Source of the DNA: a virus
DNA: 64,000 bases
Direction: 5' to 3' (one strand)
IMG/VR virus record: IMGVR_UViG_3300017912_003659
Coordinates: 301-64,300 of that record
Shown: positions 29,190 to 38,035 of the stretch, in pieces
Numbering within the stretch: the stretch's first letter is position 1
Layout of the letters: every line of letters begins with the position of its first letter
Notes under the pieces: model-generated
Seen by the model: the letters and a program-made list of their open reading frames with translations, nothing else
The model's database searches: none
Told to the model about the DNA's origin: nothing
Made by a program: the position numbers and the translations under genes

Positions 29190-29918
29190 ATGTCAGAAAA
29201 GGTTCATAAGACAGCGATAGGCGCTATTCCAAAGATAGTAAACAATTTTAAACCGAGATCAGATAATCAAAAGTTATTTGCAAATAAGATTTCAGATTTT
29301 AATCATCAATTAATATTGTGTCACGGAATTGCAGGCACAGGTAAGACATATGTGTCAATTTACAAAGCCCTCCAAGATGTATTAAGAAGAGGTACACCGT
29401 ATAAAAAGTTAATAATAATAAATCCAACAGTTGATGTAGGAAGTGAAGACAGGTTAGGATATTTACCTGGCGAACTAGACAAAAAGATACAACAGTATAA
29501 TGAATCAACATTTACAATTTTAGATAATATTGTTGGCAAAGCAAGAGCTAAAAAACTTGTAGAAGACGGAAAAGTTGAGATTGGAGTTTTAAACTTTTTA
29601 AGAGGTGTAAATTTAGAAGACTGTTATGTTATTTTAGATGAGGCACAAAACGTATCACCAATGCAAGCAAAAACACTAATGACCAGAATATCTGATAACT
29701 GTAAAATGATAATACAGGGTGATATGTCACAATGTGACAAATATAAAACTAATGGCGTTACAAACTATGAAAAGAGTGGTTTTTATGACATCTGGTACAG
29801 GCTAAAAGATGTTGAAGGTGTTGCACACATGGAGTTTAGCAGAGAAGACTGTGTAAGACATCCACTTGTTAAACGAATTCTTAAAACTTATGAGGATGAA
29901 CATGAAATTATTTTATAA
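29190..29918 (+). CDS. phoH: PhoH-like ATPase
   Basis: GIAGTGKTYVSIYKAL, IIINPTVDVGSEDRLGYLPG, CYVILDEAQNVSPMQAKTLMTRI, MIIQGDMSQCD. Confidence 0.9.
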   Translation: MSEKVHKTAIGAIPKIVNNFKPRSDNQKLFANKISDFNHQLILCHGIAGTGKTYVSIYKALQDVLRRGTPYKKLIIINPTVDVGSEDRLGYLPGELDKKIQQYNESTFTILDNIVGKARAKKLVEDGKVEIGVLNFLRGVNLEDCYVILDEAQNVSPMQAKTLMTRISDNCKMIIQGDMSQCDKYKTNGVTNYEKSGFYDIWYRLKDVEGVAHMEFSREDCVRHPLVKRILKTYEDEHEIIL

Positions 29919-29923
29919 AAAAT

Positions 29924-29958
29924 CCTTTACTTTTACACGAAAAAGGGCTAGATTCTAA
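29924..29958 (+). promoter_or_regulatory. recurrent promoter-like element, copy 2
   Basis: CCTTTAC (29924-29930) N18 TAGATTCTAA directly abutting ATG 29960. Confidence 0.65.
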
Positions 29959-29959
29959 T

Positions 29960-30883
29960 ATGGTAAGATTAAAAAATGTAACTCTTGAAGGACCAGACCT
30001 TGCAGGTAAAACTACTTTAATGAGTCAAATCCACAAACAAACAAATAACAAATATAATATTATAGATAGATCAACAATGAGTGCTTTGGTCTATTCGACT
30101 TTTTATGATAGACCTAACGTTAAGCTGCTAGAAAGACAACTCAGGAATGAACTAAATGATCTTAACAATAGGACAATACTTCTAATACCTGACACTGATG
30201 AATTAGGAAGAAGATATAATAAGCGAGGTGATGAGATACAAAAGTGGGCAGACGTTATTTCAATCACAAATATTTACGAAGAAATACTAAAAAAGTTTAA
30301 TGGATTTTCAACATTAAAAGTTATCAGATCAAGTCAGCCATTAGAAGAAGCACTATCATACCTTCACATGTCAGGTAGAGATATTCCTAATGAAGTTATG
30401 CTTAATGCAAAGGCATCTGATGATGAAGCTTTTCCTGTTAAGTTTGAAGTTGAACTTGGTTCAGGATTTATGACACGAATAACTGATGCACTTGACTTTG
30501 AATCTGAAAGAGAATATTATACAAAAATATTATCTAAAATGTTAACAACAATAACTAAAGAAAATATTGGTGATAATCCTTATGGCTCACCACAGGATCC
30601 TAAAAAAACAAGGCGATATATTTACGCTGATGATACATGTATCGCACTGTTTCACATGATGTACAGAGATGGAGACAGAGATAAAAACGGTCTCATAAAT
30701 GGCGGTCGATTAAATTTTTATGCAACATTAAGATCATCAGATGTTGTAAACATATTCGAACACGACTATAAATTTTTACAGTATCTTTGTGGTGAATGTG
30801 CAAAAGCAATCAAATTAAAAGATTATGAAATACCAGAAGAAACAACACTTTCAGTAACTATACACTCAGCTCATATTGTTTAA
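29960..30883 (+). CDS. fusion: P-loop nucleotide kinase domain + thymidylate synthase-like domain
   Basis: N-term NVTLEGPDLAGKTTLMSQIHKQ; C-term DDTCIALFHMMYRDG..LNFYATLRSSDVVNIFEHDYKFLQYL..LSVTIHSAHIV parallels the TS motifs (PCH..QF, RS.D..lG.PFN...Y..L, .D.HiY). Confidence 0.65.
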   Translation: MVRLKNVTLEGPDLAGKTTLMSQIHKQTNNKYNIIDRSTMSALVYSTFYDRPNVKLLERQLRNELNDLNNRTILLIPDTDELGRRYNKRGDEIQKWADVISITNIYEEILKKFNGFSTLKVIRSSQPLEEALSYLHMSGRDIPNEVMLNAKASDDEAFPVKFEVELGSGFMTRITDALDFESEREYYTKILSKMLTTITKENIGDNPYGSPQDPKKTRRYIYADDTCIALFHMMYRDGDRDKNGLINGGRLNFYATLRSSDVVNIFEHDYKFLQYLCGECAKAIKLKDYEIPEETTLSVTIHSAHIV

Positions 30884-31320
30884 TGCCAGATTATAAAAAT
30901 TATTTTATTGATATACTAAAGCGGACAGAGAAAATGTCTACTTGCGCTTCTACTCAAGTTGGAAGTGTAATTGTAAGAGACGGAAGAATTATATCTACAG
31001 GTTGGAACGGTGTGCCGGCAGGTAAACAACATTGTGATCACATTTATGAGTGGGGTGCATTACCGCTAAACGGAAAAGATCACCAAGAATGGTCACCGTT
31101 AAATGAATTACATGCAGAAGTTAACGCAATAGGCTATGCAGCACAAAGTGGTGTATCAACAAAAGATGCTGTGTTATATACATCGGTTTCACCTTGTATA
31201 GACTGTGCAAAATTAATTGTTGCTGCAGGTATAAAAGAAGTCTGGTATATCGATGAGTACAGAATAATAGACGGAATAAAATTTTTAAATGAAAACAAAA
31301 TAGGTTGTAAAAAACTATGA
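30883..31320 (+). CDS. dCMP deaminase
   Basis: HAEVNAIGYAAQSG ... TSVSPCIDCAKLIVAAGIKEVWY. Confidence 0.9.
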   Translation: MPDYKNYFIDILKRTEKMSTCASTQVGSVIVRDGRIISTGWNGVPAGKQHCDHIYEWGALPLNGKDHQEWSPLNELHAEVNAIGYAAQSGVSTKDAVLYTSVSPCIDCAKLIVAAGIKEVWYIDEYRIIDGIKFLNENKIGCKKL

Positions 31321-31700
31321 AAGCAATAAAAGAATCACATAAGTTTCATGAAAGACCAGCTGTACATCCAGTTGACGCATTGGAAAGTGAGTATCCACAA
31401 ATGACTGCAGAGTTTAAAAAGTTACAAAGGGAACAATACGAATTGTTTTGTAAAAAACAACTAGACTACGGCCCGGGAAATATTTCTGTTGGAACAGATT
31501 TAAAAACAGAAGAAGATATAAAATTATCACTCACAGGACTCTGGTTTAGAATGAATGATAAAATACAGAGATTAAAAACTTTACTAATGAGTGATAGAGG
31601 ATCATTTGTAAAAGATGAGCCTATGGAGGATGCATATATGGATGTGTCAAATTATGGAATTATGGCAACAATTGTTAAAAAAGGAAAGTGGGGTAAGTAA
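31317..31700 (+). CDS. DUF1599/nucleotide-modification-associated-domain-like protein
   Basis: LDYGPGNISVG...SLTGLWFRMNDKIQRLKTLL..EPMEDAYMDVSNYGIMATIVKKGKW. Confidence 0.6.
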   Translation: MKAIKESHKFHERPAVHPVDALESEYPQMTAEFKKLQREQYELFCKKQLDYGPGNISVGTDLKTEEDIKLSLTGLWFRMNDKIQRLKTLLMSDRGSFVKDEPMEDAYMDVSNYGIMATIVKKGKWGK

Positions 31701-31936
31701 TGCCAAGAGGAAGAAAAAAGAAATATGTTAGACCTAGTATCGATTGCACTTGTTTTTATTGTGATGCAAACGTTGAACAACCTTATATTCACATCGTATT
31801 AAAAAGACAGGAATACGGAGACAAGAAAGTAACAGCACCTGCTGGGACAGATGTAAAAAATAGAGATTTACCAAACGCAAAAACAAGTTATTATTGTAAT
31901 ACTGATTGCTATAATCAACACATGGAGTCAATTTAG
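31700..31936 (+). CDS. small zinc-finger-like protein
   Basis: CTCFYCDANVE...YYCNTDCYNQH paired cysteines. Confidence 0.55.
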   Translation: MPRGRKKKYVRPSIDCTCFYCDANVEQPYIHIVLKRQEYGDKKVTAPAGTDVKNRDLPNAKTSYYCNTDCYNQHMESI

Positions 31937-32799
31937 TGGAAAGAATAAGCTGGTCACAAGTACAAATATACACACAGTGCCCATTTAAGTGGAAACTAAA
32001 CTACATAGATAAGAATAGAAAATTTACAGATTCTATTTACACAGTCTACGGTAAAGCAGTCCACGAAGTTCTGCAGCATTACTTAACTGTGATGTATGAA
32101 AAGTCTATTAAGGAAGCTGATGAAATAGATATGCCAAATATGCTAGTTGACAAAGTTAAACACTTTTACGGAGAGGCAGTTGAGAGTGCAGAAGGTGAGC
32201 ATTTCTCAACACAGTCAGAGTTAACTGAATTTTGTGTACAAGGTGCAAAAGCACTTGACTGGTTTAAGAAAAATAGAGCTAGTTATTTCTCAAAAAAGAA
32301 CTGGGAATTATTAGGTATTGAAGTTCCAATAGATGATGAGTATAAGGGTGTTGGAATATTAGGTTACATCGACATACTAATGAGAAACACACAGACAGGC
32401 AAGATAAAAATTATTGATTTAAAGACATCAACAAGAGGATGGAAAAAAGAAAAAACAGACCCTATGAAAAGAGGTCAGTTGTTGTTCTATAAAAAATTTA
32501 TTGCTGACAAGTATGGTGTTTCAATCGATATGGTTGATGTAGAATTTATTATAATAAAGAGACTAGTATGGGATAAAGGTGACTGGCCAGTAAAATGGAT
32601 TCAGAGGTTCGAACCGCCTTCTGCAAATGTATCAATAAACAGAATTTTTAAACAAGTCGACCTATTTATTAATGAATGTTTTAATAAAGACGGAAGTTAT
32701 AAAACAGATGGTAATTTTGAAAAACTAGGCGTAAACACAAAATGTAAATGGTGTGAGTTTGCTAAATCGCCAGAAATATGTGATAAGGGAAAAGCATGA
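31936..32799 (+). CDS. PD-(D/E)XK (RecB/Cas4-like) nuclease
   Basis: SWSQVQIYTQCPFKWKLNYID; GYIDILMRNTQTGKIKIIDLKTST; RGQLLFYKKFIADKYG; C-terminal CKWCEFAKSPEIC cluster. Confidence 0.8.
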   Translation: MERISWSQVQIYTQCPFKWKLNYIDKNRKFTDSIYTVYGKAVHEVLQHYLTVMYEKSIKEADEIDMPNMLVDKVKHFYGEAVESAEGEHFSTQSELTEFCVQGAKALDWFKKNRASYFSKKNWELLGIEVPIDDEYKGVGILGYIDILMRNTQTGKIKIIDLKTSTRGWKKEKTDPMKRGQLLFYKKFIADKYGVSIDMVDVEFIIIKRLVWDKGDWPVKWIQRFEPPSANVSINRIFKQVDLFINECFNKDGSYKTDGNFEKLGVNTKCKWCEFAKSPEICDKGKA

Positions 32800-33209
32800 T
32801 ACCGATAATAAGAATACCGGGCGACTTTATACTAACAGATTATAGAGATGCTCTTTGGAATTTAATAGAAGATACAGTTGATAATGTAAAAGATATTATA
32901 TTGATGATTTATTGCGATGGGCAAAAAGATATGGTTACAATAGCAAACTATATTAATGAGCATGACAAAAAATTAAGAATAAAAACACTAATAAAGACAA
33001 CAGAAGCTGCAAAACAAGAAAGAGTATTTTTAGATGTTTCAACAGATAAATTGTCAGATTCAAGATTTCAAATTAAAAATACTTCCGCTGAGGGACTCGT
33101 CAAAGCAATGGTATTCTTAAAAGACCACTTTGGCTTCTTAGACAGACAAGACAAATCAATAAAACAAAAAAGAAACGACTCTCCAGACAACGATATATAT
33201 AAAAAATAG
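32796..33209 (+). CDS. hypothetical protein
   Basis: 137 aa ORF, ATGA overlap with upstream gene. Confidence 0.5.
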   Translation: MIPIIRIPGDFILTDYRDALWNLIEDTVDNVKDIILMIYCDGQKDMVTIANYINEHDKKLRIKTLIKTTEAAKQERVFLDVSTDKLSDSRFQIKNTSAEGLVKAMVFLKDHFGFLDRQDKSIKQKRNDSPDNDIYKK

Positions 33210-33269
33210 GTTTTTTCACTTCAAACACGATATATATAATAGATTAATATATACTTAAAGGACGTTACA

Positions 33270-33476
33270 ATGAAGAACAACGATTTTTGGAAGTTAACAT
33301 CAATAAAAGTATTAGTTGAACTATACAAACAATTTAGAGTAGACAGTAAAGTAGAAAATGTCACTCTTCAAAAATTAGTAAATAGATCAATGTACTTATT
33401 TTTAAACGATCCAGAGTTTAGAAATACAATACGTGGTGTTAATGAATTAAGCGAAAACTATAAAAAAGGTTATTAA
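33270..33476 (+). CDS. small hypothetical protein (possible ribbon-helix-helix-like)
   Basis: 68 aa, LTSIKVLVELYKQFRVDSKVENVTLQKLVNRSMYLFLNDPEFR. Confidence 0.45.
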   Translation: MKNNDFWKLTSIKVLVELYKQFRVDSKVENVTLQKLVNRSMYLFLNDPEFRNTIRGVNELSENYKKGY

Positions 33477-34955
33477 ATGTACAAGATAGGAGATATTCGT
33501 AACGGATACGAAGTGCTCCCAAAAGAAAAACGTAAACATGTTTTACTTTTATCAGATGATCTGAGAATGACTTCTGGTGTAGGGAATATGTCACGTGAAT
33601 TTGTTTTGGGAACATGCCATTATTATAACTGGGTTCAGATTGGTGGAGCTATTCAGCATCCAGAAGCCGGCAGTGCGATTGATATGAGTGAAGACATCGC
33701 AAAAAGAACAGGAGTTCCCGACGTAAATTTAAAAATACATCCAGTGAATGGCTATGGAGATCCACAGATAGTAAGACAATGTATGAACTACTATCCGTTA
33801 AGTGGCATAATGATTTATACTGATCCTAGATTCTGGGGTTGGTTATTCCAAATGGAAAATGAAATAAGACAGATGATACCAATCATGTATTATAATATAT
33901 GGGACTCGCTTCCTTACCCAATGTGGAATCAAAAATATTATGACTCTGTAGATGCTTTGTTTAATATTTCAAAGCAGACTGTAAACATAGTAAAGAATGT
34001 GAGATCATCATATGAAGATTGGCAAGTAACTTATATACCTCACGGAATAAATCAAGATGACTATTTTCCAATTGACAAAACATACGAAAAGTATGATGAA
34101 TTTTTAAAATTTAAAAAAGATGCTCATCAAGGAAAAGAAAGAGAGTTTGTATTGTTCTACAATGCTAGAAACATAAGAAGAAAACTCGTAGGTGATATTG
34201 TGATGGCATACAGAACGTTCTGTGATTCTTTGACAAAAGAAGAGGCAGACAAATGCTTATTATTAATGCATTGTGCGCCTGTAGACGAAAACGGAACAGA
34301 TCTCCCAGAAGTTTGTAGAAGCTTGGCGCCAAACTACAATGTAGGATTTTCAGGTGGAAAACTTGAACGTGAACAAATGAATTGGTTATACAACGCAGCA
34401 GATTGTTCAATACTTATTAGTTCAAACGAAGGTTTCGGACTTATGGGTGCAGAAACATTAATGTGTGGTAGACCCTTAATCGTTAACGTTACTGGTGGCA
34501 TGCAGGATTATTGTGGATTCAAAAAAGAAGATGGATCATATTTGACTGTCGATGACTATACAACTGAGTGGGGATCTAATCATGATGGACGTTATAAAGA
34601 CCACGGTGAATGGGTATTTCCTGTTTATCCAACAAGTAGATCTATTTCAGGATCACCTGCTACACCGTACATTTCAGATGATAGACCTGACTGGCAAGAC
34701 GTTGCTATACAAATTAAAAAAGCATGGTCTGAAAGGGGAACAAAATTAGAAGAAAGAGGAAAAGCTGGACGTAATTTTGTTTTAAATCCTGAGTACGGAT
34801 TTACAGCAGCTGAAATGAATAGAAGATTCATACAAGACATGGAAGGGACTTGGAAAAACTTTAAACCAAGAAACAGAATAATGATTGATAATGCGACAAA
34901 ATGGGATGTCCCGAAGTCAAAATGGAACGGACTAACTATGATGAAGGAGATATAA
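33477..34955 (+). CDS. glycosyltransferase (GT4-like, GT-B fold)
   Basis: SDDLRMTSGVGNMSREFV; YIPHGINQDDYFPID; SNEGFGLMGAETLMCGRPLIVNVTGGMQDYCG. Confidence 0.8.
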   Translation: MYKIGDIRNGYEVLPKEKRKHVLLLSDDLRMTSGVGNMSREFVLGTCHYYNWVQIGGAIQHPEAGSAIDMSEDIAKRTGVPDVNLKIHPVNGYGDPQIVRQCMNYYPLSGIMIYTDPRFWGWLFQMENEIRQMIPIMYYNIWDSLPYPMWNQKYYDSVDALFNISKQTVNIVKNVRSSYEDWQVTYIPHGINQDDYFPIDKTYEKYDEFLKFKKDAHQGKEREFVLFYNARNIRRKLVGDIVMAYRTFCDSLTKEEADKCLLLMHCAPVDENGTDLPEVCRSLAPNYNVGFSGGKLEREQMNWLYNAADCSILISSNEGFGLMGAETLMCGRPLIVNVTGGMQDYCGFKKEDGSYLTVDDYTTEWGSNHDGRYKDHGEWVFPVYPTSRSISGSPATPYISDDRPDWQDVAIQIKKAWSERGTKLEERGKAGRNFVLNPEYGFTAAEMNRRFIQDMEGTWKNFKPRNRIMIDNATKWDVPKSKWNGLTMMKEI

Positions 34956-36241
34956 TGTACAGACCAAAGGTTTTAGTAACAGCACCTGTTGCAACAAGGT
35001 CAGGATATGGTGCAAGATCTAGAGATGTTGTAAGAGCACTTTTAGCACTAGATAGATATGATGTCAAAGTTTTTCCTGTACCTTGGGGAGCGACACCACA
35101 GAATGCTTTAGTGATGGATAATCCAGATGACAAAATGATTTATGATGCAATCATCAAAAGTGATGATGAAATGAAAACACAGCCTGATGTACATATTCAC
35201 ATAGTTGTACCAAATGAGTTTCAACCGATTGGAAAATACAACATAGGAATAACAGCTGGTTTAGAAACAACTGTTATACCTCAAGACTGGATAGAAGGAT
35301 GCAATAGAATGGATCTAGTTCTTGCTAGTTCAAAGTTTAGTGCTGATGTAATGAATCAAACAGTATACAAAAATGATCAAAATCAAGAATTAAGAATACA
35401 GAAAAAAGTTGATACACTATTTGAAGGCGCAAATGTCAACTTGTTCAACAGAAAGAAATCAGGTGATGAATATTCAAAGCCTTTAGTTGATGCTTTAGAA
35501 CAAGTAGAGACGAACTGGAATTTTCTTTTTGTAGGGCACTGGCTCCAAGGAGACTTAGGAAAAGATAGAAAAGATGTAGGAAATCTAATTAGAACATTCT
35601 TCACAGCTTTTAGGGGAAATAAAAGCACAGGCCTAATATTAAAGACATCAGGAGCGACACCTTGTATTATGGATAGAGAAGAAATGCTCAGAAAAATAAG
35701 AGAAGTAAAAATTACTTCTGGCATACCTGATGCTGATCTTCCAAATGTATATCTATTGCACGCAGATTTGTATGACGAAGAAGTAAATGATTTATACAAT
35801 CATCCAAAAGTAAAAGCACACATTACATTTACACATGGTGAAGGCTTTGGAAGGCCTCTTTTAGAAGCATCTCTATCAGGAAAACCTGTAATAGCACCTA
35901 ACTGGAGCGGACATGTTGATTTCTTAAACGATAAGAACGCGATATTACTACCTGGAGGATTGGTTAAAGTTGAAAAGGGAAGTTTGCAAGATAATATTTG
36001 GGTTGAAGGACAACAATGGTATCAAGTTGACTACAGAGCTGCGGCACAAAAGATGCTACATGTAAGAAAAAATCTTAAAGTTTACAAAAACAAAGGAATG
36101 AAGTTGATGTTATATAATAAATCAAAATTTAGTTTTGATGCAATGGTAAGCAGACTAGGTCAAGTCTTGGATAACAACTTACCAACGTTTACTGAAACTG
36201 TTGTTCCTAATATTAATTTACCTAAATTGGAGGCGGTGTAA
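34955..36241 (+). CDS. glycosyltransferase (GT4-like)
   Basis: VLVTAPVATRSGYGARSRDVVRALL; ITFTHGEGFGRPLLEASLSGKPVIAPNWSGHVDFL; TAATG overlap start (track start 34901). Confidence 0.8.
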   Translation: MYRPKVLVTAPVATRSGYGARSRDVVRALLALDRYDVKVFPVPWGATPQNALVMDNPDDKMIYDAIIKSDDEMKTQPDVHIHIVVPNEFQPIGKYNIGITAGLETTVIPQDWIEGCNRMDLVLASSKFSADVMNQTVYKNDQNQELRIQKKVDTLFEGANVNLFNRKKSGDEYSKPLVDALEQVETNWNFLFVGHWLQGDLGKDRKDVGNLIRTFFTAFRGNKSTGLILKTSGATPCIMDREEMLRKIREVKITSGIPDADLPNVYLLHADLYDEEVNDLYNHPKVKAHITFTHGEGFGRPLLEASLSGKPVIAPNWSGHVDFLNDKNAILLPGGLVKVEKGSLQDNIWVEGQQWYQVDYRAAAQKMLHVRKNLKVYKNKGMKLMLYNKSKFSFDAMVSRLGQVLDNNLPTFTETVVPNINLPKLEAV

Positions 36242-36456
36242 TGGAAGTAATGAGAAATGATATAATAAAAGCCAGTAAATTACATTTTGAGGCTCATATT
36301 GAAAAACATAAAGTGAATGTGAATAATCTTTTGAGAAATGTTGTCGGTGTTGCAGAACATCCTGATATTATGGATACAATAGAAAAAGAGTTAGAAATAA
36401 TTGCTGAGTATGATGATAAGTTAGCAGTTTTAGAAAAATATTTTAAGGAAGACTAA
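36241..36456 (+). CDS. small hypothetical protein
   Basis: 71 aa ORF with coupled stop/start on both sides. Confidence 0.5.
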   Translation: MEVMRNDIIKASKLHFEAHIEKHKVNVNNLLRNVVGVAEHPDIMDTIEKELEIIAEYDDKLAVLEKYFKED

Positions 36457-36923
36457 TGGCTGAGAGAGTTATAGAATGTAAGCACTGCGGTAGCACAGAT
36501 CACTGCTTTGAAGAGGTAGGCGAGTACAGTAGTTTTATGTGCTTTCAATGTGGATTTATGAGTGATACCAGATTTAGTGAAGAGCATGACAACAGTGTTG
36601 AGAAAGACATGGCAATTGTTATGAATCAAATGAAAATATTCGATGATGAAAGAAAGATCTGGTGGTATCCTTCAGTCGTAAACATGGGTGCACTTGGAAT
36701 GATCTACCCAGAACCAACAAAAGTAAGTGAGAAAACAGGTAAAGTAAAAGACTGGGTGTGGAAATTTGCAAAAGTTGTCCCTGTTGAAGAAGGTGACACT
36801 TATGCAGACGGTTATGATAAAAAGTTAGACGTTGATGGTGCAATGACATTTGAGCAGAATGACTTTATAAGCGCAATTAAGCAGTTAGGTATTACAAAGG
36901 ATCTGCGCGGTGAAAAGAACTAG
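36456..36923 (+). CDS. zinc-ribbon phage protein
   Basis: CKHCGSTDHCFEEVGEYSSFMCFQCGF zinc ribbon. Confidence 0.6.
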   Translation: MAERVIECKHCGSTDHCFEEVGEYSSFMCFQCGFMSDTRFSEEHDNSVEKDMAIVMNQMKIFDDERKIWWYPSVVNMGALGMIYPEPTKVSEKTGKVKDWVWKFAKVVPVEEGDTYADGYDKKLDVDGAMTFEQNDFISAIKQLGITKDLRGEKN

Positions 36924-37401
36924 CTGGTCAAAAGTAACACCGGGTCAAATACTAGACTTCAATTACAGGGGTAGACTACCTGGCGCTAAACTTAGAAAGC
37001 GTCGCTGTCTGATTCTAAATGAAAGACACATGTACAAAAGAAAGCGTGATGGAAGATTAGTAAGATTAGTACATGCATTACAACTCTCAGCAGAACCAAC
37101 ACTTCCAGGTGAGCGTATCATGACAATAAAAGAACAAAGTAAGCTGGTGAGCAGCATGGGAATTATTAGAGAGATAGAAGAAGACACATATGATGTCGTT
37201 GTAAGACAGCCGAGACAACAATGGCCAATAGTTCAGAGAGCAATTGATAGAATGCAGTACAAAGTTTACAAAACATTTTCTTGGGGTCTTCTAACAAGGT
37301 ACGCTGTTTTTGTCGCAGATGATCTTGAGTTCGATAGAATAACAAAGAAAAAAATATTAAACTTTATACCAGAGCCGAGGATAAACGAAGACAATATTTA
37401 A
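36910..37401 (+). CDS. hypothetical phage protein
   Basis: 163 aa basic protein, overlapping start. Confidence 0.5.
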   Translation: MKRTSWSKVTPGQILDFNYRGRLPGAKLRKRRCLILNERHMYKRKRDGRLVRLVHALQLSAEPTLPGERIMTIKEQSKLVSSMGIIREIEEDTYDVVVRQPRQQWPIVQRAIDRMQYKVYKTFSWGLLTRYAVFVADDLEFDRITKKKILNFIPEPRINEDNI

Positions 37402-37402
37402 A

Positions 37403-38035
37403 ATGAAAATAAGTTACGCGGTTACAACACATAATGAACACAAAGAAATAGCTAGGTTGATACCCTTCTTGCTCAATAATATGGGCATGGAAGATGAATT
37501 AGTTATAATTGACGACCACTCAGATTATAAAACTTGGAGAGTTTTTGACACATACATTCACAATGATGCTTACAATATCAAGTTCTTCGAAAGAGCACTG
37601 TATAATGATTTTGCAGCTCATAAAAACTTTATGAATGAACAGTGTACAGGAGATTACATTTTTAATATAGATGCTGATGAAATGCCAAGTGAATTCTTAA
37701 TGAAAAATATTAAAGAATTGATAAAAATGAATCCAGAAATAGAGTTGTATTGGGTGCCAAGAATAAACACAGTTGAAGGTCTTACACAAGAACATGTTCA
37801 AAAGTGGAGATGGCGTGTTAACGAAAACGGATGGGTAAACTGGCCAGACCCACAACAAAGAATTTATAAAAATGCAGATCATATTAAATGGACAAAACCT
37901 GTCCATGAAAGATTAATAGGTGCTACAAAAGATGCATTTCTGCCGCATGAAGAACAATGGGCAATAACACATAGTAAAAAGATAGAAAAGCAAGAAAAAC
38001 AAAATGAACACTATGGCAGGATAATGGGAAGATGA
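37403..38035 (+). CDS. glycosyltransferase family 2-like
   Basis: AVTTHNEHKEIARLIPFLLNN..DELVIIDDHSD ... GDYIFNIDADEMPS. Confidence 0.75.
   Translation: MKISYAVTTHNEHKEIARLIPFLLNNMGMEDELVIIDDHSDYKTWRVFDTYIHNDAYNIKFFERALYNDFAAHKNFMNEQCTGDYIFNIDADEMPSEFLMKNIKELIKMNPEIELYWVPRINTVEGLTQEHVQKWRWRVNENGWVNWPDPQQRIYKNADHIKWTKPVHERLIGATKDAFLPHEEQWAITHSKKIEKQEKQNEHYGRIMGR

Noticed and set aside
35383-35799. 138 aa minus-strand ORF inside a glycosyltransferase gene
   Set aside because: Antisense of a well-supported GT4-like gene; Ser/Phe-rich translation.
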